From the NCBI GenBank assembly GCA_965228735.1, contig OZ245838.1, forward strand, positions 4,768,001 to 4,832,000: 64,000 bases of DNA, read 5' to 3'. The DNA comes from Planctomycetota bacterium (GTDB lineage Bacteria; Planctomycetota; UBA1135; UBA2386). The notes under the pieces were generated by a model that saw only the letters and a list, made by a program, of their open reading frames with translations, ran no database searches and was not told where the DNA came from. Positions 19,332-27,135 of this stretch are shown piece by piece. How positions within the stretch are numbered: position 1 is the stretch's first letter; every line of letters starts with the position of its first letter. The position numbers were made by a program, and so were the translations under genes.

Positions 19332-19700
19332 GACTGGTTTGACGGCGCTGATGACGGAGCTGTTTCTTTCATCGGCCGGACCCCGACCCAGTCTTTGCTG
19401 GACGGTTTGGGCGAGGATCGCGACGGGAGCGATGAGACGTCTGGCCGTAGACAGAATCCCGCTGAGCCAGTGCGTGGCTTCGCTCTGTCACTGCGCGCTG
19501 ACCTGCAACGCAGCGCGCAAGAGAAGCCACTGAAGGAGTCTGGTTCGAGCCGTCGGGGTGACCCTGCCGAGTCGTCTAGTCTAGTCGTTTCAAGGGTAAG
19601 CGGCCGATAGCCCCTACCTCACGCGGCAGCGCGCGGCTCGGGCCGTCGCTCAAACTCCGGAAGCTGATCGAGTAGCACCTAGCCGCTATCCTCGGCACGT

Positions 19701-20339
19701 ATGAGGGTGGTTCTCAACGACGACAAGCAGGGTGGCCTGGGGATCCCCTATGGCTTCGAGGACGAGCGCCGGTTCTGGAACCTGCGCCGGTTCCCGGATC
19801 TCATCGACCGAGTTCCAGAGCTGGCAGAGGACCCCGGCCTCCTCAGCTTCGTTCGATCGGTGAACCTTCCTGAAAGCCGCTTCGCCACGCTTGGATGCCA
19901 AGGTTGGACGAAATCACTCGATTGGAAGGACAGCTGGATCGATCGATTATGCGGTGCCTATGTTGACGTGAGCGGGGATCGCATGGAGCTGATCTCGCGG
20001 GAGAACTATGTCGTCGTCCAACAGGCCCTCGCCGAGCGGGGCCAGGAGATGCGACATGAGGACGAATCCTCGGATCTCACCCAGATTGAGGTGGAGCCCC
20101 AGCGAGTCTCATTCAACGACCTTCGCGTCAGCGGATGGGTCGGCACTTTCTGGGTGCTCGGATACGGCAACACGGATGATATGGCGCGCCACTACCGCGA
20201 TCGCGGTCTAGAAGAACTTGCCGCGCTCCTGGAACGAGACTCGCGCAGCATTACTGAATGCCACGGCCTCAAGGGCACAAGAATCTTCGAGCGCCTGACC
20301 GACAACGGTAGTGGTGAAGAAGTGGCCTTGGAGATGTAG
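19701..20339 (+). CDS. hypothetical protein
   Basis: 212 aa with normal composition; 3 nt from the next gene. Confidence 0.7.
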   Translation: MRVVLNDDKQGGLGIPYGFEDERRFWNLRRFPDLIDRVPELAEDPGLLSFVRSVNLPESRFATLGCQGWTKSLDWKDSWIDRLCGAYVDVSGDRMELISRENYVVVQQALAERGQEMRHEDESSDLTQIEVEPQRVSFNDLRVSGWVGTFWVLGYGNTDDMARHYRDRGLEELAALLERDSRSITECHGLKGTRIFERLTDNGSGEEVALEM

Positions 20340-20342
20340 CGA

Positions 20343-20819
20343 GTGTTCTGGAACCAGCCGGGAGTCCCGCACAAGGGGTGGACGTGCATCGGGGTCGACG
20401 ACGTTCGCGATGGCGGCACGATCTCGGTCGAGGAGACGGACTACGCGATTTGCGAGATGTGCGGGAAGGAGCAAGTGCGCTTCGTTCACAACATGGTCCA
20501 CGACGACTACGCCGACACTCTCCGGGTCGGGTGCGTCTGCGCGGGCAAGATGGAGGACCCCTACGCGGCGGAGAGACGCGAGAAAGTGGCTCGGAACCGC
20601 GCCAGCCGGAAGTCCCGCTGGCTCTCGCGGCGTTGGCGAGTGTCGGCCAAGGGGAACGACTTCCTCAACGTCGACGGCCACAACGTCGGCGTCCATCGTA
20701 AGGGGAACGGTTGGGGGTGGCGCATCGGTGGTGACTTCGGGAGGAAGGCCTACCCCACCGAGGACGAAGCCAAGCTCGCGCTATTCGATGAGTGCTGGGA
20801 ACGGTTCTGGGCGGAGTAG
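20343..20819 (+). CDS. hypothetical Cys/His (zinc-binding) protein
   Basis: CEMC...H...H...VGCVCA; Trp-rich C-terminus. Confidence 0.75.
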   Translation: MFWNQPGVPHKGWTCIGVDDVRDGGTISVEETDYAICEMCGKEQVRFVHNMVHDDYADTLRVGCVCAGKMEDPYAAERREKVARNRASRKSRWLSRRWRVSAKGNDFLNVDGHNVGVHRKGNGWGWRIGGDFGRKAYPTEDEAKLALFDECWERFWAE

Positions 20820-20970
20820 AATCGGGCCATGCGGGCCTTGATGAGGTAGTTGTGTTCGTTCCACTCGTTCGTCACGACCAGATCCTTCAGGATCTCGATG
20901 CCGAGCTGATCGACTGGGCGATCACGCACGGTTCTGACGCGGTCCAGGGTCAAGCCCAACAACCCTGTGG
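20820..20970 (-). pseudogene. probable N-terminal gene remnant
   Basis: LGLTLDRVRTVRDRPVDQLGIEILKDLVVTNEWNEHNYL reads like a real protein N-terminus but runs into the convergent gene. Confidence 0.3.
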
Positions 20971-21103
20971 CTGATTCCCGGCCATGATCCCACCGGTTCG
21001 ATCGACCTCGTTCGTCGGTCAGCGAGTCCACAGTTGATGAACCGTGCTCCGTGGCTCGACCGCCGCGTCGCGTTGGAACTGACTCACGAGCAGGCGACGA
21101 CCA

Positions 21104-21778
21104 TCAGAGGAGGAGCAACGACACCTGCGCAACTCGGTCAACTTCGGCACCAATTGCCGAGACGAGGTTGATGCACTCCTGGGCCTTCGGGCGTTGGATC
21201 TGCGGGCTCTTCCCCTGATGCACGATCGCGTGCCGGTTGTCAGTCCACTTCTGGAGCTGGTCAGCCGGCTTGGTCCAGGTCGTTTCCAAGGCGCTCCAGA
21301 CGGTCTCGGGCTTGCCGCCGATGCGCTGCACGGCTGTGGACACCCCCTTCGGTCCGTGATGGCTCACCTTGTTGTAGAGATGGTCCGCCAGCGCCTCATG
21401 CACTCTGTCGCGCTTGGCACTCGCAGACGGTAGCAAGGCCACCTCCAACGATAGCGTCGGAAGCTCCTTCTGGATCTTCGCGAGGAGATCGCGAACGTCG
21501 GATGTGGCCTGCGCGCCTTCCAGGATCTGGAGGAGAACTTCCGCCGAGACATCGGAGAGGTAAGCATCAAGCGCACCAACCGCGAAAACCACTGCCGCGC
21601 GCGGAAGTTCGCGGGTCGGAGTTACAGGAGCGCCGCGTTTGCCGCCTTGGAACTCCTTGTGGAGTTCGAGGAAGTAGCCGGCGCGTCTGCAGTTCGTGTC
21701 GAAGGTCTTCTTGGCGGAGGTCGATCCTTCTGAGGTCGGCTTCTTCCCCGCCCGCTTTTTGGGCTTTTGGGTCATCAT
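21104..21778 (-). CDS. HEPN-domain ribonuclease (RiboL-PSP-HEPN-like)
   Basis: RAAVVFAVGALDAYL helix and the RxxxxH motif in NRHAIVHQG. Confidence 0.8.
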   Translation of the reverse strand: MMTQKPKKRAGKKPTSEGSTSAKKTFDTNCRRAGYFLELHKEFQGGKRGAPVTPTRELPRAAVVFAVGALDAYLSDVSAEVLLQILEGAQATSDVRDLLAKIQKELPTLSLEVALLPSASAKRDRVHEALADHLYNKVSHHGPKGVSTAVQRIGGKPETVWSALETTWTKPADQLQKWTDNRHAIVHQGKSPQIQRPKAQECINLVSAIGAEVDRVAQVSLLLL

Positions 21779-21814
21779 CGGTCTCGTCTGCCGGCTCCCT
21801 CGCGAACCACGTCA

Positions 21815-24124
21815 CTACAGCGACGGTGGAGCCACTCCACCTGCGAACTGTGTGAACTCAATCACTCTCGTGGCGTAGCGCTGAAGCTCCTGAGAGTTCA
21901 CGTTGGTGATGTTTTCCTGCCACTGCTCGCTGCCGCTGTGGTGAAAGCGGTTCGCGTAGTTTCGGAGCTTGTCGAGTTCCCGCCATCGCTCATCCGACAT
22001 GACGCGATCGCCGTTCGCTGCTGCGTTCTTGGCGCGATCTAGAAACTGGCCGAGCAAGGTCCCCGGCGGGCAGTGCTCGTTGAATGCGATCCTGACGAAA
22101 CGCTCAAGCACCATTCGGAGTGCAGGAGCGACTCTGTCTGTTTCGCCCCTGCCCGTCTTCGCGAACCCCCGCACAAGCTCGTGGTTTCGGTCGTATTCGT
22201 CGATCGCCGCTGAGTCGATGTCCCATACCTCGATTGTTGACTCGTTCGCTGCTGCGTTGCAGATGGTAAGCGCCGAAACACCGCCCCCAGACTGATCCCG
22301 CAACTGGCAGAGAAGCCCAGCAGAGTGCGAGAACACGACGACCTGCTCAGTGCGTCCGATCAGATCGACGATCTCTTCAACTGTGGATCGAGTGCGGTGG
22401 TCGTCGAGACTCGAAACAGGGTCGTCGAATACCACCGTCGCATTCGACAAGTCGGATCGCTCCTCTAGCTGGACGAAGAACATCGCGAGAGCAAGTGTCG
22501 TTCTGTCCCCACAACTCAGCGCGGTTCGGAATGAGGGCTCCGGCGCAGCGTCTTTCTTCAGGCCGAGGGGCACGCGGCCCTCGTTCACTCCGATCTGATA
22601 CTGCGAACTTGCGCCACCCTTTCCATCGAAGGAGCTGAAGTCTTCGAGCCGAAAGTCCGCGTTGAACTTCCGAAGGAAGGTGTTCACGGAGGCTTCGTAG
22701 CGGCGAAACGCCTTGGCTCGATGCTCGTTGAGGCTCTCCCGGACCGTCTTCTTCTCCTTCTCGGCATCGCTGAGCGCCTTCGAGGCGTTTAGGTAGTCGT
22801 TGCACAGGCTTGCTACGTCTCCGCTGAACCGACGCTTTGTCGCTTCAAGCAGTGCGAGGTGTGCCTTCTCTTCAGCGAGGTTGCCATGCTTCGCCTTCTC
22901 TCTTGCAAGCTCGACCCTGTTGTTCAGCGCGAGGAGCTTGGACGCGGTCTCACTGACCCGCTCGCTTAGTGCGTGATATGCATCGACGACATCTTGCTCT
23001 TGCCCCGAAAGAGCCCGGCTGTCGAGTGGCGCTTTCGCCTTCTCATCGAGGGCAACAGCCAGCGTGTCTCTGGCCGCCTTCCAGGTCCGCTCCAAGTCCT
23101 CGGTGTCGATCTGGAACTCAGGGAGCTTGAGGTATCTTGACCAGAACGAATGTCGTTCCTTCGCTGCCTGGAGCGTGCGGTGAAACCTCGCCAACGCGTC
23201 TCCTCCAAGCGCGTGGTTGAGGGCGGATCGAGCGTCGCCGATTCTCTGCTTGTGCGCCTTGTAGGCATCCGAGAAGTAGCTGCGGTAGTGCCCGATGATG
23301 GACGCATCGGCAGAATGCTGCCTGCAGAACGGGCAAGCGTTCTCCTTGCCGAGGAAATCCAAGCCCTTCGATGTCCAGTCCTCGCTGCCTGAGCCCAATG
23401 CCGCAAGGTGGGCGCTCACGGCTTCCAGCGCCGACGATTCGACTTTGGGGAGAGAGTCTTCCAAGACCGAATGTGCTTCAGTGGGTAGGACGGGGAGGCC
23501 CAGGGGTCCAAACCCTGGAGTCTGTTCCACCTTCTGGGCCTCTTGCAGCACCTTGACCCCTTCCGAGGCGGACGTGATCTTCTGCTCGATCCCGTCCAGT
23601 TCAGGCAGCGCACAGAAATCCTTGATCGAGTAGTCCCCAAGGATTGCGGGAGTGAGCAGCCTCTCGGTCTTGCCCTGCTCCTCTCGTAGGCTCGATATCT
23701 TCGCGGCGATGGAATCGACCGCATGGGCCAACGTGACGCCATCCTCACCAATCACCAAGCCATGCAGTTTCTGTCTGTGACCGGGGCTCACCTCAAGGCC
23801 GGAATAGACATGCGTGTCGGTGAAGTGATCGTCGAAGACGAGCACCTTGGGTCCGGCTTGGTTCCACTTGCTACCATCGAAGGCGCATTCTCTGCCATCT
23901 GACTTCACGACTGCGGTGGCCTTGCCAGACCCGGGAATGCGACGACGCTCAAGGATGGGATCGGGGAGTCCTGATGTCAGCGACCTCAGGATTGCGCACA
24001 AGGTTGTCTTGCCGCGACCGTTCTCAGAGTAGACGAGTGTGACCCTCTTGAACTCTGTGCTCGGCGTTCCCGTGTGGTGCGCATAGCGCCCCACGTTCTT
24101 GATGTGCTTGAACTGCTCCAGCAT
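21815..24124 (-). CDS. RloC-like AAA_13 ABC-ATPase/zinc-hook/HEPN anticodon nuclease
   Basis: Walker A ENGRGKTT; CPFC zinc hook within a coiled coil; LSCGD signature; VVFDDPVSSLD Walker B; C-terminal R..LE.F and RNYANRFHH. Confidence 0.88.
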   Translation of the reverse strand: MLEQFKHIKNVGRYAHHTGTPSTEFKRVTLVYSENGRGKTTLCAILRSLTSGLPDPILERRRIPGSGKATAVVKSDGRECAFDGSKWNQAGPKVLVFDDHFTDTHVYSGLEVSPGHRQKLHGLVIGEDGVTLAHAVDSIAAKISSLREEQGKTERLLTPAILGDYSIKDFCALPELDGIEQKITSASEGVKVLQEAQKVEQTPGFGPLGLPVLPTEAHSVLEDSLPKVESSALEAVSAHLAALGSGSEDWTSKGLDFLGKENACPFCRQHSADASIIGHYRSYFSDAYKAHKQRIGDARSALNHALGGDALARFHRTLQAAKERHSFWSRYLKLPEFQIDTEDLERTWKAARDTLAVALDEKAKAPLDSRALSGQEQDVVDAYHALSERVSETASKLLALNNRVELAREKAKHGNLAEEKAHLALLEATKRRFSGDVASLCNDYLNASKALSDAEKEKKTVRESLNEHRAKAFRRYEASVNTFLRKFNADFRLEDFSSFDGKGGASSQYQIGVNEGRVPLGLKKDAAPEPSFRTALSCGDRTTLALAMFFVQLEERSDLSNATVVFDDPVSSLDDHRTRSTVEEIVDLIGRTEQVVVFSHSAGLLCQLRDQSGGGVSALTICNAAANESTIEVWDIDSAAIDEYDRNHELVRGFAKTGRGETDRVAPALRMVLERFVRIAFNEHCPPGTLLGQFLDRAKNAAANGDRVMSDERWRELDKLRNYANRFHHSGSEQWQENITNVNSQELQRYATRVIEFTQFAGGVAPPSL

Positions 24125-24443
24125 CCGTCAGCCTCCCGGGCTCCTTTCCGATCGCTCGTGACTCTCCTCCAGCCCGCGCATCGAGTTCGGCAGTGCGAAG
24201 ACTCGACGCGCACCTTATCGCAGGGATCTCGATGGCGAAATCATGTCCGTGGTGCGAGCCAGACAGCCTGGAGAAGGCTGAGCGGAAGTGATCACCAACG
24301 GGACGGAGGACGCTTCAGGCTCTGCCGATCGCTTGCTGGTCCGCAGATCGTGTGGTTGTGTGTCCGTGGAGGCCGTCCATGGATTTGTAGATCCACGGTC
24401 AGCAGAGCACCGCAAACCGGCATAACACCGGGAGTTCAGCCCC

Positions 24444-25142
24444 CTGAAGCACAAGAACGCAGTCAGCTACCTCCGCGTGAGCAGTGGCGGCCAGATCGAC
24501 GGCGACGGGCTCGATCGACAGAGAGATGTCGTGGCTGCCTACGCCAAGAAGACCGGGGTCGAGCTGGTGGCGGAGTTCGTAGACGCGGGCGTTTCGGGCA
24601 CTCTGGCGCTGGCTGACCGACCGGGCTTGTCGGAACTGCTGGCCAAGATCCTCGGGAACGGGGTGCGCCTCGTGCTCGTAGAGAAGGCGGACCGGCTGGC
24701 GCGCGACTTGGTCGAGGGCGAGTTGTTACTGCGGGAGTTCCGGCGCGTGGGCGTTTCGGTCATCGAGGCCGAAGGCGGAACCAACCTGAGCGAAGGGGAT
24801 GACGCGAATCCCACGGCCAAGCTGATCCGGCAGGTGCTCGGCGCAGTGGCGGAGTTCGAAAAGAGCGGGTTGGTTCTGAAGCTCCGAGCGGCACGACGGC
24901 GAGTGAAGGCTGAGCGTGGCCGCTGTGAGGGAGCAGTGCCGTTCGGCGAACGCGAAGGCGAAGCTGGTGCGCTGGAGCGGCTAATCGTGCTCTCGCGGAA
25001 ACCGCGAAGCAAGCCGCGTCGATCTCTTGCCGAGATCGCGGCCTGCATGAACGAAGAGGGGTGGCCGACGCGCCGAGGTGGGCCGTGGTCGCGATCGACG
25101 GTCCAGGCCATCCTGCAGCGGCGGAGAGGCAAGGGCAAATGA
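24444..25142 (+). CDS. serine recombinase (resolvase family)
   Basis: YLRVS catalytic motif, DAGVSG, DRPGL, DRLARD; C-terminal DNA-binding region. An in-frame TAA at 24423 leaves CTG 24444 as the likely start. Confidence 0.9.
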   Translation: MKHKNAVSYLRVSSGGQIDGDGLDRQRDVVAAYAKKTGVELVAEFVDAGVSGTLALADRPGLSELLAKILGNGVRLVLVEKADRLARDLVEGELLLREFRRVGVSVIEAEGGTNLSEGDDANPTAKLIRQVLGAVAEFEKSGLVLKLRAARRRVKAERGRCEGAVPFGEREGEAGALERLIVLSRKPRSKPRRSLAEIAACMNEEGWPTRRGGPWSRSTVQAILQRRRGKGK

Positions 25143-25175
25143 CACTGTGTCACGCATGATGGAGGTGCCGGTCGA

Positions 25176-25541
25176 ATGTGGTTGGTGACGAGGCTCGGGA
25201 TGTTCAGCGTTGTTCTCGCGGACTCGGTTCCCGGTAGCGGGCGCGCCGATCCGGACCAGATGATGGTCCGTGCTCGGGCGCGGGATCACCTCGTGGCGCT
25301 TCAGGCGGAACACGGATCCCTCGCGCCCTTTCCAATCGTGGAGTCAGCAGCGGGGCTCGACTATCGATGGCGGATCATCGCGCCGAAGACGGAGGTTGTT
25401 GCAGCGATCGCCTCCCTCGTAGACGGGATCGACTACCGCAACTTCAAGCGCGCTGCCGGGCAGAGTCGATCGGTGGTCGGTGACGACTACATCACCGCGC
25501 TGCACGCGGTTTGGGCGGAGTTCCGGCGACTGCAGGATTGA
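25176..25541 (+). CDS. conserved hypothetical protein of mobile elements
   Basis: MW..T..G.FSVV...VRAR...DYRWR...IDY.NFK pattern; GGAGG SD. Confidence 0.8.
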   Translation: MWLVTRLGMFSVVLADSVPGSGRADPDQMMVRARARDHLVALQAEHGSLAPFPIVESAAGLDYRWRIIAPKTEVVAAIASLVDGIDYRNFKRAAGQSRSVVGDDYITALHAVWAEFRRLQD

Positions 25542-25546
25542 GCCCG

Positions 25547-26461
25547 CTACCGCTCTGGAGCTGCTCCGTGCATCACGAACACCGTTCTGCCACTCTCGCT
25601 GGTTACCCAGTGGGCGTCGAGGCTGCCGTCCTCGTTCCAGCGTCGGAACGTTCCGAACTCTTCGCCGTTGCGGAACTCGGCCTCCAGCGCGGGCCGGCCG
25701 TTCGCGAAGAACACGCGTTCGGTGCCGCTCTTCTTGCCGCGCACATATGGCGTCTCACGCTCGATCCGGCCGTTCGCGTGCCACTGGCTCTCTACGCCGT
25801 GCTTCTCGCCTTGCCGGTAGTAGGTCTCCGCAGCGAGTTGGCCGTTCGCATGCCACGAACGTGAGAGCGCCTTCTCTCCCGAGCGGTAGTGCTCTTCGGA
25901 CTTCGTGACTGCCCCTGCGCCCGCCGAAGTGGTTTCTGTCTTCCAGACTCCAATGCGCTTGCCGTGTTGGTATTCGCCGGCCGTCGTGGTGCTCCACCCA
26001 GTCGCTCGGTTGAACTGGGATGATGTGCATGGTCCGTGCTCAGTGCCGCGGACGTAGGTGATCGTCAGCGAAGAGCGCGGACTGCTGCTACTGCACAGGC
26101 CGTGGAGCTGCCCGTTCTCGTAGTTGCGCTCTCCGACCATGTCGCTGCCTCGCCACCTCGTCCAGGTTCCCTCTCGGACGCCATGTGCGTAGCGACCGAT
26201 CTCGTGACCGCCATCTTCGCAGGGTTCTCGCCATTCGCCGTGCTTTCGGCCGGCGTCATCGTGCTTTCCGCCTACCTCAGGTGTCTTCGCCGAGGCTCCC
26301 GGTGTTGTTTCAACAGCCGTTCCGCCTGCGTTCGTTCGCTTCGGCGGCTGATCGAATACCAGCGGCTGCGGGTGCTCCGGGAACAGGGACGTGGCGAACG
26401 CGATTGCGCCGACGGCAACCACTCCGACCACGGCCAAGACAGGTGCGTTGATCTTCGTCAT
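25547..26461 (-). CDS. MORN-variant repeat (YwqK-like) membrane-anchored protein
   Basis: Repeats WHANGQLAAETYYRQGEKHG / WHANGRIERETPYVRGKKSG; N-terminal TM. Confidence 0.82.
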   Translation of the reverse strand: MTKINAPVLAVVGVVAVGAIAFATSLFPEHPQPLVFDQPPKRTNAGGTAVETTPGASAKTPEVGGKHDDAGRKHGEWREPCEDGGHEIGRYAHGVREGTWTRWRGSDMVGERNYENGQLHGLCSSSSPRSSLTITYVRGTEHGPCTSSQFNRATGWSTTTAGEYQHGKRIGVWKTETTSAGAGAVTKSEEHYRSGEKALSRSWHANGQLAAETYYRQGEKHGVESQWHANGRIERETPYVRGKKSGTERVFFANGRPALEAEFRNGEEFGTFRRWNEDGSLDAHWVTSESGRTVFVMHGAAPER

Positions 26462-26463
26462 CT

Positions 26464-26493
26464 ATCCTCAAACGGGATATCCCAAGACAGGAT
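26464..26493. promoter_or_regulatory. tandem palindromic operators ATCC-N7-GGAT
   Basis: ATCCTCAAACGGGAT followed directly by ATCCCAAGACAGGAT, between the divergent MORN and XRE genes. Confidence 0.6.
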
Positions 26494-26555
26494 GGTGAAC
26501 TTCTTCGGCCTTCGAGGCCGCAAGCTTGAACTGATGTGGCCCGAGGGCGAGCTGT

Positions 26556-26792
26556 ATGAAGGCCGCCCAGCACGACTCCCGCTACCGAGCCTTTCGCAAG
26601 AGGCTTCGCGAGGCGCGCGAACAAGCCGGGCTGACGCAGACCGAGGTCGCGCGTCAGCTCCGGAGGCCCCAGAGCTGGGTCTCCAAGTGCGAATCGGGCG
26701 AGCGCCGCGTCGATGTTGTGGAGCTGTGTGAGCTGGCGAAGCTCTACGACAAGCCGGTGCAGTTCTTCGTGCCGGCATTTCCGCTGGGCTGA
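26556..26792 (+). CDS. XRE-family HTH transcriptional regulator
   Basis: RLREAREQAGLTQTEVARQLRRPQSWVSKCESGERRVDVVEL. Confidence 0.92.
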   Translation: MKAAQHDSRYRAFRKRLREAREQAGLTQTEVARQLRRPQSWVSKCESGERRVDVVELCELAKLYDKPVQFFVPAFPLG

Positions 26793-27040
26793 TCCAGCTC
26801 CAGGTGCTCGGCAAGCAACGGCCACAGCAGGTGGAAGCGCGGCACACTGAAGCGGCTCTCGCGGTTGCCGACGACGCGAACGACGAACGGCATCACATCG
26901 GGTGTGCCGGGAACGCGTTCGTGCCCAACGATGTAGGTCCCTGCGGGGATAGACTCACGCCGACGCCAGTCGTGACGTGAATCGGCTGCGGACCACGGGT
27001 TCGGGATCGCGCAACGGAGCAAGTAGGTTCCCGGTTCCAT
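26744..27040 (-). CDS. small hypothetical protein
   Basis: MEPGTYLLRCAIPNPW...; plausible composition; overlaps the XRE 3' end. Confidence 0.4.
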   Translation of the reverse strand: MEPGTYLLRCAIPNPWSAADSRHDWRRRESIPAGTYIVGHERVPGTPDVMPFVVRVVGNRESRFSVPRFHLLWPLLAEHLELDQPSGNAGTKNCTGLS

Positions 27041-27135
27041 GTGCGGTCCGTTCGGCGTAGGCGAAGGCGATCTGGAGTTGATTGTCGTCGGCCGCCGCGA
27101 GTGATTCAGGCTGAGACTGGCTGCCGGATGACGGC

